This document shows, piece by piece, positions 16,081 to 24,902 of a stretch of DNA of 24,902 nt. The position numbers and the translations under genes were made by a program. The stretch comes from a virus (taxonomy: Duplodnaviria; Caudoviricetes): the IMG/VR virus record IMGVR_UViG_3300029775_000017, positions 1 through 24,902 of that record; one strand, written 5' to 3'. Each line of letters starts with the position of its first letter. Positions within the stretch are counted from its first letter, which is position 1. A model generated the notes under the pieces. That model worked only from the letters and a program-made list of their open reading frames with translations, did no database searches and had not been told where the DNA came from.

Positions 16081-16518
16081 TTGAAAAGTTTAAAAATTGA
16101 AAGCAGCAAAATTAGGTTGGCTATAAATGATGATAAAAATAAAATAATTGAATTTGATCCGAATGATGTTAAATTTATTAATAGATATTACTCTATGATT
16201 TCTAACTTTGAAGTTAAACAAAAAGAATTTGCAGAGAAAGCTGCAAAAATTGATAAAATTACAACTTATAATTCTATTGGCATGAAAGTAAGCGACATAG
16301 AAGGAAGCAAATTAATGCTTGAAATGTGTGAATATATGAAGGGCCAAATTGATTATGTGTTTGGTAATGGCGCAAGTGAAAAAGCTTTTGGAGATACAAT
16401 TAATCCCGAAATGATAAATGAATTCTTAGGGGGTGTAGCCGAATACATTGCAGCTGAGAGAAATGCCAAGATTGAAAAATATACAGGGAAGAACACAAAA
16501 AGCGTGGCTAAAAAATGA
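16081..16518 (+). CDS. Tail assembly chaperone
   Basis: AGGAGGTG RBS before TTG 16081; IEFDPND...IDYVFGNGASEKAFG; lies between the tube gene and gp15. Confidence 0.7.
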   Translation: MKSLKIESSKIRLAINDDKNKIIEFDPNDVKFINRYYSMISNFEVKQKEFAEKAAKIDKITTYNSIGMKVSDIEGSKLMLEMCEYMKGQIDYVFGNGASEKAFGDTINPEMINEFLGGVAEYIAAERNAKIEKYTGKNTKSVAKK

Positions 16519-17096
16519 ACATTTTAGTGGATGACCTTCCGACATCCGTAACAATAAATGGGGAAACATATGAATTGAATACGAATTTCAAAGATTGTTT
16601 AAAAATAATAGTCGCCTTTGAAGATCCAGAATTAACCCAAATTGAAAAGCAAGTAATTATGTTAAGCATTTTGTATAAAGAAATTCCAAGCGATATTGAA
16701 AAAGCTCATAAGGCAGCTATTGAATTTTTAAATTGCGGGGATGAGTTTGAAAGCGGGATAGATACAAATGATGGCATAGGAAGATTATATAGCTTTGAAA
16801 AAGATAGCAAATATATATTTTCGGCTATACTTCAAACTTATGGGATAGATTTAGAGCAAACAGAGTATTTACATTGGTGGAAGTTTGTAAATTTATTCTT
16901 TGATTTGAACGAGAATTGTTTTTTCAACCGGCTTGTATATTTAAGAAGGCAAAAAAAACTTGGTAAATTAACAAAAGACGAATTACAACAATATAACAAT
17001 TTGGGTGATATTGTTGAATTACCGGAAGAAAAGAGTACAGAAGAAAAGGAACAAATTAGTGAATTTCTGAGGTTATTAGGAGAATCAAAAACATAA
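16515..17096 (+). CDS. Gp15-family tail protein
   Basis: YSFEKDSKYIFSAILQTYGIDL...LHWWKF motif. Confidence 0.85.
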   Translation: MNILVDDLPTSVTINGETYELNTNFKDCLKIIVAFEDPELTQIEKQVIMLSILYKEIPSDIEKAHKAAIEFLNCGDEFESGIDTNDGIGRLYSFEKDSKYIFSAILQTYGIDLEQTEYLHWWKFVNLFFDLNENCFFNRLVYLRRQKKLGKLTKDELQQYNNLGDIVELPEEKSTEEKEQISEFLRLLGESKT

Positions 17097-17122
17097 TTTT
17101 TAATTTTTAAGGTGGCATTCTC

Positions 17123-17151
17123 TTGTATTATTTGAAAATATTTTATAAAAT
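17123..17151 (+). promoter_or_regulatory. Candidate sigma-A promoter of the moron
   Basis: TTGTAT-N17-TAAAAT. Confidence 0.55.
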
Positions 17152-17180
17152 TATATTAGGTAATATAGGGGGTGTTTTTT

Positions 17181-17870
17181 ATGGGTTTATATGGTTCTCC
17201 TGATACGGGAAATCTTTATACTAAGCGAGAAAATCCGTTTAAGAAGAAAAAACGCTTTGACCCAAGCGGACTAATTTGGGTCGTAGTAATAATTGCATGT
17301 TTTGTTTTTATTTTAAAAACAAAAAGAAATTTAAATTTGTCGAATTTATTTAAAAATAATAATAATTTGCTTCAAAATAGCATAGGCACAAACGGAAATA
17401 GCAATATCGAAAATACCGTTCAGGTAGGTTCGAGGAAAAATCCCGCTAAAATTGGAGATATACAACGAGGTACTGCGAGTGATAACAGAGGGTTAAATTG
17501 CACATTGGAGATAGAACTAATGGACTTTAAAAGAGGAGAAGAAGCTGTAAAAATAATGCGTGAAGGGCACAGTGCTGCAGACAACCCAGGAGAAGGAAAA
17601 GAATTTGCACTTGTAAAATTTAGGGTTAAGAATATAAAAGATAATTCGGGTAAAGACATTCCTTTTACTCTTACAAGCGCTGATTTTTCCTATGCTACAG
17701 GAGATTATGTTGTAACGGATACAAGATGGACCGTGCCTGGATTAAATCCTGCTATTGAAGCAGATTTGTATGAAGGTGCAGAGCATGAGGGATGGGTTTG
17801 TTTTAGTATAGAAAAAGATGACGCAGCTCCAAAAGTTGTGTTTTTAAATGAGATATGGTTTGATTTATAA
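17181..17870 (+). CDS. Moron: single-pass membrane protein with a DUF4352-like extracellular beta domain
   Basis: GGGGGTG RBS; KKKKR followed by TM segment LIWVVVIIACFVFIL; GSRKNPAKIG...FALVKFRVKN...LYEGAEHEGWVCF. Confidence 0.8.
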   Translation: MGLYGSPDTGNLYTKRENPFKKKKRFDPSGLIWVVVIIACFVFILKTKRNLNLSNLFKNNNNLLQNSIGTNGNSNIENTVQVGSRKNPAKIGDIQRGTASDNRGLNCTLEIELMDFKRGEEAVKIMREGHSAADNPGEGKEFALVKFRVKNIKDNSGKDIPFTLTSADFSYATGDYVVTDTRWTVPGLNPAIEADLYEGAEHEGWVCFSIEKDDAAPKVVFLNEIWFDL

Positions 17871-17900
17871 GAATTAATATGAATAAGATATAATCTTTTG

Positions 17901-17928
17901 GCACTTACTTAATTGTAGGTGCTTTTTT
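17901..17928 (+). terminator. Intrinsic terminator of the moron
   Basis: GCACTTAC-ttaatt-GTAGGTGC-TTTTTT. Confidence 0.75.
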
Positions 17929-17953
17929 GATACAGAAAAGGCAGGTGATTAAA

Positions 17954-20455
17954 ATGGCAGCGGGTTATGATGGAAGTATTCGGATTGATACAAGGGTTGA
18001 TACTAAAGGTTTTAATTCAGGGGTAGTAGGCATCACAAAGTCATTAAAAACACTTGGGGCAACTCTTGGCATAGCATTTGGGGTTAAAACTTTGATCAGT
18101 TTTGGAAAAGCAGCAATTGGAGTAGCATCTGACCTGGAAGAAGTTCAAAATGTTGTGGACGTTACTTTTGGGGAAATGTCAGGAAGCGTGGATGATTTTG
18201 CTAAAAGCGCTCTGAAAAACTTTGGCCTGTCAGAATTGTCCGCAAAACAGTATGCATCAACAATGGGGGCGATGTTAAAAAGTTCAGGATTAGCAGGTCA
18301 AGCAGTAACTGATATGTCAATAGAAATGACTAAACTGGCTGCAGATATGGCTAGCTTTTATAATTTAAGCACAGATGAAGCATTCGCTAAAATTCGTTCA
18401 GGCATAAGCGGAGAAACAGAACCTTTGAAACAACTTGGTATAAATCTTAATGTTGCTAACTTAGAAGCTTTTGCTTTATCTCAAGGAATCACAAAATCAT
18501 ATAATTCTATGTCCCAAGCGGAGCAAGTGATGCTTAGGTACAACTATTTGCTTTCTGTGACCGGAGACGCTCAAGGAGACTTTGCAAGAACATCAGGAAG
18601 CTGGGCCAATCAAGTAAGACTTCTCAAGGAGCAATGGCAAAAATTTTTGGGGTTGCTTGGCGATGGATTAATAAAGATTGCTTTGCCTGTCGTAAAATTT
18701 TTAAATAAAGTACTGGAATTGTTAATACTTATCTTAGAAAAAATCGGGCAACTCTATACCGCTATGACTGGGAAACAGCTTGTAGACGCCTCATCAGATA
18801 CAAGTAACCTTTCAGACAGCACAACAGACTTAGCTGATTCGGCAAATGCGGCAGCAAACGCACAAGATAATCTTGCGAAAAAGACCAAAAAGGCGAAGAA
18901 AGCAGCCGAGAGTGCGCTTGCACCGTTTGATGAGTTAAACATTTTGCAACACAATATGAGTGATGGCGATACTGGAACTGGAACTGGTGTTGGCGGTATA
19001 ACTTTTCCAAAAACAAATTTCGGCGATATAGAAGAAACGGACGGTAAAATAGACGGTCTAAAGAAAAAATTTGAGGATTTCTTTTTTGTTGTGGAGAATG
19101 GGTTTAGGGTACTGAGAGACGCACTACTAATTCCAATATACGTTCCCGCCCCTATATTTGGGGAAATACCGAATCCTATATATACACCAAATTGGGGTTT
19201 AGACTTGCCAACGGTGCCTACACCAATATTCCCGCCAATCAAAGATCCCGTATATGCTCCTAACTGGGGTTTAGTACCTCCTGTTGTTCCTGCTCCGGTA
19301 TTTCTGGACATTAAAAATCCGGTGTATGAACCAAATTGGAATCTTATACCGCCTCCTGTACCAGTCGTAGAAATCCCACCAATAAATTCGGAGGAATATC
19401 AATTATCGTTAGAAACATTAGGACTGCAAACTAGCGAGTTTTTCGGAACACTTTTAGAAAATGTTAGCGTCAATTTAGAAACTTTATCTGTTAATATAGG
19501 GATTGCTTATGCATTGTTTCAAGAACAAACCACTGCTTTGCTATTACAGTTAGAGACAAGTTTTGCATTGACAATGGAAAAAATGAAAACAAATGTGGAC
19601 ACAACTCTAAATACTGTAAGTACTAATTTGGGAGTATTTAAAGAGAATGTTGCAATTTTGGCAACCGGTATATCTACAGTATTGGTGGCTAATATAAACA
19701 AAGGTTTGTCTACCATGGGAGCTAACGTAAACAAAGCTATAGAAACCATACAAACCAACCTCCAAACTTTTGGACAAAGCGTAGGTAATATCGCATCAGA
19801 TATTGCGAAAGCATGGGTAAATAACTTGAATGAAGGCTTTAAAACAGCAAAGCAAAACTTTGTTGTTTTTGCTAATGCAATTGGAGAAAATTTGAAAGAA
19901 TTCGGCGGCGGATTTTTAAGAGCGGCGGCAGAGACTGCGCAAGGGTTTGTTTCTAATATGGTAAACGGTTTTGCTAAGGTGTGGGAAAACTTTGTAGATC
20001 TCATGTCCGGAATCGGAGAAAAGGTAAGCGGTTGGTTCCGAGAAAATAAGGAAGTTGTAGTAAAAACAGCAATAACTGCAGGTATAGTTTTGGGAGCTGG
20101 AGCATTGGCGCTTACAGTACCTGCTGCAATTCCATATGTTGCAGGAGCATTGGGAACACTTAAAGCTATTCCCGGGCTTGCAACTGGAGGTATAACAAGG
20201 GGTCCTATGTTAGCTATGGTCGGAGATAACCCTGGCGGGAAAGAAGCAGTAGCCCCACTAGGCGAATTGCAAGATATGTTAACCAGTGCTGTAAGCACGG
20301 CCCTAATACAATCCAACCAATTTAACATGGGTAATACCCAGCCAATAGTAATAAAAGTGAATTTAGACAATAAGGAAATAGCCAGAGCAATATATGACCC
20401 ATTGCAAGATGAAAAGAGCAGACGTGGAGATGATCCTGTGATACAACCAATATAG
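17954..20455 (+). CDS. Tail tape measure protein
   Basis: ATG 17954 after GCAGGTG; DGSIRIDT, ASDLEEVQNVVDVTFG, SGETEPLKQLGI, LATGGI...VGD...EAVAPL. Confidence 0.92.
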   Translation: MAAGYDGSIRIDTRVDTKGFNSGVVGITKSLKTLGATLGIAFGVKTLISFGKAAIGVASDLEEVQNVVDVTFGEMSGSVDDFAKSALKNFGLSELSAKQYASTMGAMLKSSGLAGQAVTDMSIEMTKLAADMASFYNLSTDEAFAKIRSGISGETEPLKQLGINLNVANLEAFALSQGITKSYNSMSQAEQVMLRYNYLLSVTGDAQGDFARTSGSWANQVRLLKEQWQKFLGLLGDGLIKIALPVVKFLNKVLELLILILEKIGQLYTAMTGKQLVDASSDTSNLSDSTTDLADSANAAANAQDNLAKKTKKAKKAAESALAPFDELNILQHNMSDGDTGTGTGVGGITFPKTNFGDIEETDGKIDGLKKKFEDFFFVVENGFRVLRDALLIPIYVPAPIFGEIPNPIYTPNWGLDLPTVPTPIFPPIKDPVYAPNWGLVPPVVPAPVFLDIKNPVYEPNWNLIPPPVPVVEIPPINSEEYQLSLETLGLQTSEFFGTLLENVSVNLETLSVNIGIAYALFQEQTTALLLQLETSFALTMEKMKTNVDTTLNTVSTNLGVFKENVAILATGISTVLVANINKGLSTMGANVNKAIETIQTNLQTFGQSVGNIASDIAKAWVNNLNEGFKTAKQNFVVFANAIGENLKEFGGGFLRAAAETAQGFVSNMVNGFAKVWENFVDLMSGIGEKVSGWFRENKEVVVKTAITAGIVLGAGALALTVPAAIPYVAGALGTLKAIPGLATGGITRGPMLAMVGDNPGGKEAVAPLGELQDMLTSAVSTALIQSNQFNMGNTQPIVIKVNLDNKEIARAIYDPLQDEKSRRGDDPVIQPI
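19142..19357 (+). repeat. Three degenerate 72-bp (24-aa) Pro-rich tandem repeats in the tape measure
   Basis: VPAPIFGEIPNPIYTPNWGLDLPT / VPTPIFPPIKDPVYAPNWGLVPPV / VPAPVFLDIKNPVYEPNWNLIPPP. Confidence 0.9.
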
Positions 20456-20468
20456 AAAGGAGCAGAAT

Positions 20469-20813
20469 ATGATTAAATTTGATGGAATAACAATTCCTAA
20501 TCCTACCGATTATACAGTAGGAGTAATGGATCTTAGCCAGGCTACAAGAAATGCAAGAGGGAATCTTGTGGTAGAGAGAATTGCAACTAAGAGGAAATTA
20601 GAACTATCGTGGGATTACTTAAGCAAAGAAAGTTTGAGCAAATTATTAAAATTGGCCTCCCCTGTGTTTTTTCAGGTAGAGTATATAGATCCTCAAGATA
20701 ATAATTTTCGAACTGGTACTTTTTATGCTGGAGATAGAAAAGCAGGGGCATTGCGTTATAAGAATGGGAATATATATTATAAGGATGTAAAGTTCAATAT
20801 AATTGAGAGGTAA
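20469..20813 (+). CDS. Distal tail-like protein (DUF6711-like)
   Basis: RNARG, KRKLELSW, FYAGDR, FNIIER; follows the tape measure. Confidence 0.75.
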   Translation: MIKFDGITIPNPTDYTVGVMDLSQATRNARGNLVVERIATKRKLELSWDYLSKESLSKLLKLASPVFFQVEYIDPQDNNFRTGTFYAGDRKAGALRYKNGNIYYKDVKFNIIER

Positions 20814-20818
20814 AAACT

Positions 20819-22453
20819 ATGATCCAAGTAAGCAGGCAATATAAAGAAGCGGTATATGCACCTACAAGAAGGGCTAAAGCTAAAGTAGGCTTTGAGATTC
20901 TAGACAATGAAGCTTATAACGATAACACTTCTATAGTAACCGGTGAAGCTCCCATAAGTCGTAAGGGCCAGTTAACAAACAAGAAAAGAAATATGGACCA
21001 TAAATATGCTACCTTTGAGAAAGATTATTTCAAACTCGACGGTAGCTTTTGTATTCCTCCTACACCCGATGAAGGGAATTCAGAATTGGGTTGGTGGAGT
21101 GATGATATATCAGATGAAAATGGAGTGTTTACATCTTATCAAATATTAGAGTTTAACTTTACAGAAGAACATAACAGTATGGGACTTACAATTACTTTTG
21201 ATACTATGGCCAATGAATATGCCAGTGATTTTGATATAGAAATATACAGATTAGACGGAACATTGATACACAAAGAAGAAGTCACAGACAATGACAATCC
21301 TCTATATGTACTCATAAAAGGTTTAGACAATTATGGAAGAATAGTTATAACTATAAAGAAATGGGCTAAACCGTACCGCAGGGCAAGGATAACAGAAGTT
21401 GATTTTGGTGTAATTCAAGAATATCAAGATGATAAGATAATCAAACTTAATATAATTGAAGAAATGAATATTATAAGTGATAAGATCCCCAGCAATGAAA
21501 TCAAATTCACCATTGATAACAAGAGTAAAGAATTCAATATTCTTAATCCGGAAGGATTTTATAGATTCTTAAAAGAGCGACAAGAAGTACAGGCAAGTAT
21601 CGGAGTAGAAGTTAGAGAAAATGAATTTGAATATATACCTATAGGTAAGTTTTATCTTGCGGGATGGCAGAGTGACGAAGGAGCACTTACAGCAAGTTTT
21701 ACTGCAAGAGATGTTTTTGAATTATTAGAGAGCATTGACTATAAAGAAAGTTTAACCAATACAAATCTATATGATTTGGCCGAAGATGTTTTAACCAAGG
21801 CCAATGTGAAAGATTATTTTATAGATGAAGGATTGAAAAATATTCCTACCAACGGATTTATTAAATCATTAAACAGCAGGAAAGCACTCCAATATATAGG
21901 TATAGCCGGAAAAGCTGCTGTATATCAAGATAGACAAGGAATATTGCAAATAAAACAATTTAAAGTACTTGACAAGCGAGATACCCAATATGTATATTTT
22001 GCAGGTCCTGACATGTTCTGCGGCATGATTTATCCTATGGCAGATGAAGGATACGATATGAAGAATATCACCTTTGATAACATATATAATGAACCACAAA
22101 TTAAGTTAGATAAGCTATTATATTCATTAGTTATGGTCGTAAATAATGGAGAAGAAAAACAGGAAGTGACTTTCTACAATGAAGGCATAAAAGAAGGTTC
22201 ATCTTTTAAAGTAGATAATCCTTTAATAAATACTGTGGAACATGCCGAAGATGTTGCAAAATGGATAATAGAAGAATATAACTTAAGGGCTGTATACTCT
22301 ATAAATTGGCGTCAGAATCCTTGCTTGGAATGTGGGGATATAGTTCTTGTGGAAGATTCATACGATGCTAAAAAACTTAGCCGAATTACTAAGCAAGAAT
22401 TTGAATATGCGGGATATCTCAGTGGCAAGACAGAAAGCAAGGGAGGAGTATAG
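20819..22453 (+). CDS. Tail tip / baseplate hub protein
   Basis: 544 aa; PSNEIKFTIDN, IPIGKFYL, WRQNPCLECGD; synteny. Confidence 0.75.
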   Translation: MIQVSRQYKEAVYAPTRRAKAKVGFEILDNEAYNDNTSIVTGEAPISRKGQLTNKKRNMDHKYATFEKDYFKLDGSFCIPPTPDEGNSELGWWSDDISDENGVFTSYQILEFNFTEEHNSMGLTITFDTMANEYASDFDIEIYRLDGTLIHKEEVTDNDNPLYVLIKGLDNYGRIVITIKKWAKPYRRARITEVDFGVIQEYQDDKIIKLNIIEEMNIISDKIPSNEIKFTIDNKSKEFNILNPEGFYRFLKERQEVQASIGVEVRENEFEYIPIGKFYLAGWQSDEGALTASFTARDVFELLESIDYKESLTNTNLYDLAEDVLTKANVKDYFIDEGLKNIPTNGFIKSLNSRKALQYIGIAGKAAVYQDRQGILQIKQFKVLDKRDTQYVYFAGPDMFCGMIYPMADEGYDMKNITFDNIYNEPQIKLDKLLYSLVMVVNNGEEKQEVTFYNEGIKEGSSFKVDNPLINTVEHAEDVAKWIIEEYNLRAVYSINWRQNPCLECGDIVLVEDSYDAKKLSRITKQEFEYAGYLSGKTESKGGV

Positions 22454-22858
22454 ATGGCGTGGCAAATACCTAAAACAAATTGGAATAGTCAAGATTACTA
22501 TAATTTCAAGGACTTAAACCATGTAGAAATAAACACATTGGCAGTAAAAGACTTAGCAGAGGTTTTACGAGGAAACATTGAACTTGAGCCTATTGATTTT
22601 GATAGAGATATGAAGTCCATACCATTTGCAGATGTTTTAAATAAAATAGAAAGAAATATAGGCGAATTAGGAAATAAACTTTACAAACCTAAAGGCTGGT
22701 TATCCCCAAAATTAGAATGGGATTATAACCAGCCTTTTGATTTTACAGACGCCAATAGGTTAGAAAAGAATTTATTATTACTCTACAATTACGCTAATGG
22801 CAATGTAGATAAAATACCATATTGTGGTACGTACACATGTGGAGAGGAGGTAATATAA
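22454..22858 (+). CDS. Tail tip-associated hypothetical protein
   Basis: WQIPKTNW...D.NRLE repeats; GGAGGAG RBS. Confidence 0.7.
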   Translation: MAWQIPKTNWNSQDYYNFKDLNHVEINTLAVKDLAEVLRGNIELEPIDFDRDMKSIPFADVLNKIERNIGELGNKLYKPKGWLSPKLEWDYNQPFDFTDANRLEKNLLLLYNYANGNVDKIPYCGTYTCGEEVI

Positions 22859-23964
22859 TGGCATACGAAAAAATAGCATGGAAGAACAGAGAAGTTGAAA
22901 AGCCGAGAACATATACAAAGGTTGATAATTCGGACGGAACTATAACATTGACACCGGCAGAAGGAAATATAATTGAACCTGGGACACCAATTATAGCGGA
23001 TAATATGAATCATATAGAACAAGGGATTGAAGATGTAGATCAGGCAATTGATACGCATATCTCAGATTCAGAGAAACATATTCCCTATGCTACAGCTTCC
23101 GGCACAAATACCTATACGGTATCTATCTCAGGCATATCAAGCCTTGCCGAAGGCCTAAGTATAAAAGTAAAATTCACAAATGCCAACACCGGAACAGCAA
23201 CATTGAACGTTAATTCTCTTGGGACAAAAAGCATTGTGAAATCTAACGGAAATGCTTTATCAAGTGGTAACATCAAGGCAGGGCAAATATGTCATCTTGT
23301 TTACACAGGCTCAAATTTTCAATTATTGGGTGAAGGAGGTGAATACGGAACAGCCCAAGCTGGAGATGTGCTGAGCGGTAAGACTATTGGAACAGAGAGC
23401 GGGATAATAACAGGGACTATGCCGAATAATGGAGCTATAAACAATACTATTACAACGCAAAATGGACAAATAGTGGTACCTACTGGATATCACAGTGGAA
23501 GCGGGATTGTAAGGGCTCAATTTGCTAATTTGATAGCTGGGAATGTGAAAAAAGATATTAATATAGGGGGAATTGTAGGGAATTATACAGGAGAACATAG
23601 AGACTTAATAGCAGAAAAGTCAACAAGTGGACTTTTTGATGCTTCTTCTATAATCATTCCACAAAGTCAAAATTATTTAATCTCAAAAAGATTTGTTTTA
23701 AAGTTAGGAGGAACGATAAATGTTGTCCCGCTGATACCGAATTATGGAATACGATATTGGAAATGGAGATATTACAAAGACGGTAATTTATCGTCATGGA
23801 TCACTGAGGATAACAGTGATAATGGCAAGCTTAGTATACATGTTGACTATAATACAATTCTTGAATTTGAAATATTTACAGACCAATCTGATTTGCGGTA
23901 TGAGGGGATTTTTATTAACGGTTATTTAAATTATCCACAGTTGGTTGATTTAATTTCTATTTAA
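22858..23964 (+). CDS. Tail fibre / receptor-binding protein
   Basis: ATG 22858 (TAATG coupling, GAGGAGG RBS); GTPIIADNMNHIEQGI, NTGTATLNVN, GDVLSGKT, GYHSGSG; divergent aromatic-rich C-terminus. Confidence 0.8.
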   Translation: MAYEKIAWKNREVEKPRTYTKVDNSDGTITLTPAEGNIIEPGTPIIADNMNHIEQGIEDVDQAIDTHISDSEKHIPYATASGTNTYTVSISGISSLAEGLSIKVKFTNANTGTATLNVNSLGTKSIVKSNGNALSSGNIKAGQICHLVYTGSNFQLLGEGGEYGTAQAGDVLSGKTIGTESGIITGTMPNNGAINNTITTQNGQIVVPTGYHSGSGIVRAQFANLIAGNVKKDINIGGIVGNYTGEHRDLIAEKSTSGLFDASSIIIPQSQNYLISKRFVLKLGGTINVVPLIPNYGIRYWKWRYYKDGNLSSWITEDNSDNGKLSIHVDYNTILEFEIFTDQSDLRYEGIFINGYLNYPQLVDLISI

Positions 23965-24108
23965 ATTTTTTTAATGCAAACTTGGAGGTGGGCAAATGAA
24001 AATAGATATATAAATCCTATAGAAGGGCATACAAATGATAATATTTTAAGCCAGGTAACAGTAATAATAAAAATAAACAATAATCATAAATAAAGGAGTG
24101 TGATAAAA

Positions 24109-24429
24109 ATGTTTTACTACGCAAAATTGAATGAAAATAGTATTTGTACAGAAATATTGACACGTGCAAAGGAGCTGCCAAGTGACCTTGACGGCTACAT
24201 TTCAATTCCCGACTATAATGAAACCCTGCTCTGGAGAAAATGGGATGGCACGCAGTGGTCGCAAGAGAGGTACGAGCCTTCCATTGAAACAGAACTACAG
24301 GACAAAGTACAAGAGTTGGAAAATCAAAACAATACTTTAGTGCAAGAGAACACAAGTCTAAAAGAAAGAGTACAGGAATTAGAACAGGCTGTATTAGAAT
24401 TATCTACAGTTGTAGGAGGTGCTGAGTAA
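24109..24429 (+). CDS. Fibre-associated protein with C-terminal coiled coil (XkdW-like slot)
   Basis: AAGGAGTG RBS; follows the fibre gene; LEQAVLELS C-terminus. Confidence 0.75.
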   Translation: MFYYAKLNENSICTEILTRAKELPSDLDGYISIPDYNETLLWRKWDGTQWSQERYEPSIETELQDKVQELENQNNTLVQENTSLKERVQELEQAVLELSTVVGGAE

Positions 24430-24551
24430 TGTTCACGGAGAATAGCGGGCTGGTTAAGATTTGGGTAAGATATATTAAAAATGGAACATATACAATAGAT
24501 AATGTGCCTAATTTGAGCAATCTTAAGGAAGAGGTACAGAAACTAATATAA
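24429..24551 (+). CDS. 40-aa CD1375/XkdX-like protein
   Basis: TAATG coupling; MFTENSGLVKIWVRYIKNGTYTIDNVPNLSNLKEEVQKLI. Not in the ORF track. Confidence 0.8.
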   Translation: MFTENSGLVKIWVRYIKNGTYTIDNVPNLSNLKEEVQKLI

Positions 24552-24554
24552 TCC

Positions 24555-24620
24555 TATAGAAGGGCTTTTTTATTGCCCTTCTATATATATATATAAAAAG
24601 AACTTACGTAGGTTCTTTTT
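24555..24620. terminator. Two adjacent hairpins ending the tail operon
   Basis: TATAGAAGGGC-9 nt-GCCCTTCTATA (24555-24585) and AAAAAGAAC...GTTCTTTTT (24595-24620, bidirectional-like). Confidence 0.7.
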
Positions 24621-24649
24621 ATTTACTTTGGAGGCGGCAGATAAGATAG

Positions 24650-24676
24650 AAAAAAGAGGTCTTTATTTGACCTCTT
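24650..24676 (-). terminator. Terminator of hicB
   Basis: On the minus strand: AAGAGGTC-aaataaa-GACCTCTT-TTTT, overlapping the stop. Confidence 0.65.
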
Positions 24677-24902
24677 ATCTATCTGTTATACCAAGTTGTC
24701 TTTTTAGGGCTGATTGTAAAACATAGGAGAAGTTTACGCCTTCACGTTCAGCCATAGTATTTAACCATTGCGGAATTGTAAGAGTTTTTTTAACTGCTTT
24801 ATTATCGTAAAACATACGGTATTCAAGAGTATCAACTCCGATTATTGCTACAAAGGAGTTATCATCTTTTACAATATCCTTTGGATTGGAAGGCGAGGGA
24901 AT
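24675..24902 (-). CDS. hicB: HicB-family antitoxin, C-terminal part (start outside the window)
   Basis: Minus strand translates as IPSPSNPKDI...KAVKKTLTIPQWLNTMAEREGVNFSYVLQSALKRQLGITDR*, the typical Bacillota HicB C-terminus. Confidence 0.88.
   Translation of the reverse strand: MPSPSNPKDIVKDDNSFVAIIGVDTLEYRMFYDNKAVKKTLTIPQWLNTMAEREGVNFSYVLQSALKRQLGITDR

Larger units (their letters stand above)
24013..24565 (+). repeat. 16-bp direct repeat AATCCTATAGAAGGGC at 24013-24028 and 24550-24565
   Basis: Read directly from the sequence. Confidence 0.9.
1..24902 (+). mobile_element. Temperate siphovirus/prophage segment (ends outside the window)
   Basis: Collinear early, replication, packaging, head and tail modules; long tape measure and no sheath gene. 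Confidence 0.95.

Noticed and set aside
16505-16520. lambda G/GT-type -1 frameshift between the chaperone and gp15
   Set aside because: GCT AAA AAA TGA is not a canonical X XXY YYZ site, and the ATGA overlap is explained by translational coupling. A single-tRNA slip is not excluded.
18754-20370. Long minus-strand ORFs (185 and 283 aa)
   Set aside because: They are antisense shadows of the tape measure gene with no recognisable motifs. The other minus-strand ORFs in the track overlap well-supported plus-strand genes in the same way.
22858-24902. Diversity-generating retroelement or invertible shufflon at the fibre gene
   Set aside because: No reverse transcriptase, no template/variable repeat pair, no invertase and no inverted fibre-tip copies are visible in the window.
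1-24902. CRISPR array, tRNA, intron, intein or alternative genetic code
   Set aside because: No regularly spaced repeats, cloverleaf or large insertions were seen. Genes end normally at all three stop codons, and the terL break changes frame, so readthrough cannot explain it.

Overview
The window is an internal ~25 kb segment of a temperate siphovirus (probably a prophage) of a low-GC Bacillota host, likely a clostridial relative. Almost all genes are on the + strand. Gene order: end of a Rha/antirepressor-type gene, HTH protein, a cluster of small Cys-rich proteins, Gam-like and gp3-like recombination genes, DUF4373-type replication initiator, RusA, ArpU/RinA-type late activator, metallopeptidase, TerS, TerL, portal, MuF minor capsid protein with a toxin-like extension, GP20-type scaffold, major capsid, head-tail and tail genes, tape measure, tail tip, tail fibre, and the 3' end of a convergent hicB. 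No integrase, repressor or lysis genes are inside the window. The most striking observation is in terL. The true N-terminus (TTG 7068) is separated from the rest of the gene by a 5-nt gap inside the Walker A motif (GAG GGG ACC TAA CC ACA TAT GCG GGC AAA ACT). The gap has matched ACC codons on either side of the stop, the arrangement expected for ribosomal stop-hopping, although an ordinary lesion or an assembly error cannot be excluded. Other points of interest are a MuF-HEXXH toxin with a candidate immunity gene, a tandem-pseudoknot leader before the scaffold gene, Pro-rich 24-aa repeats in the tape measure, two morons with their own promoters, and several unannotated small ORFs. Protein family calls come from motif recognition and synteny only; no searches were run.
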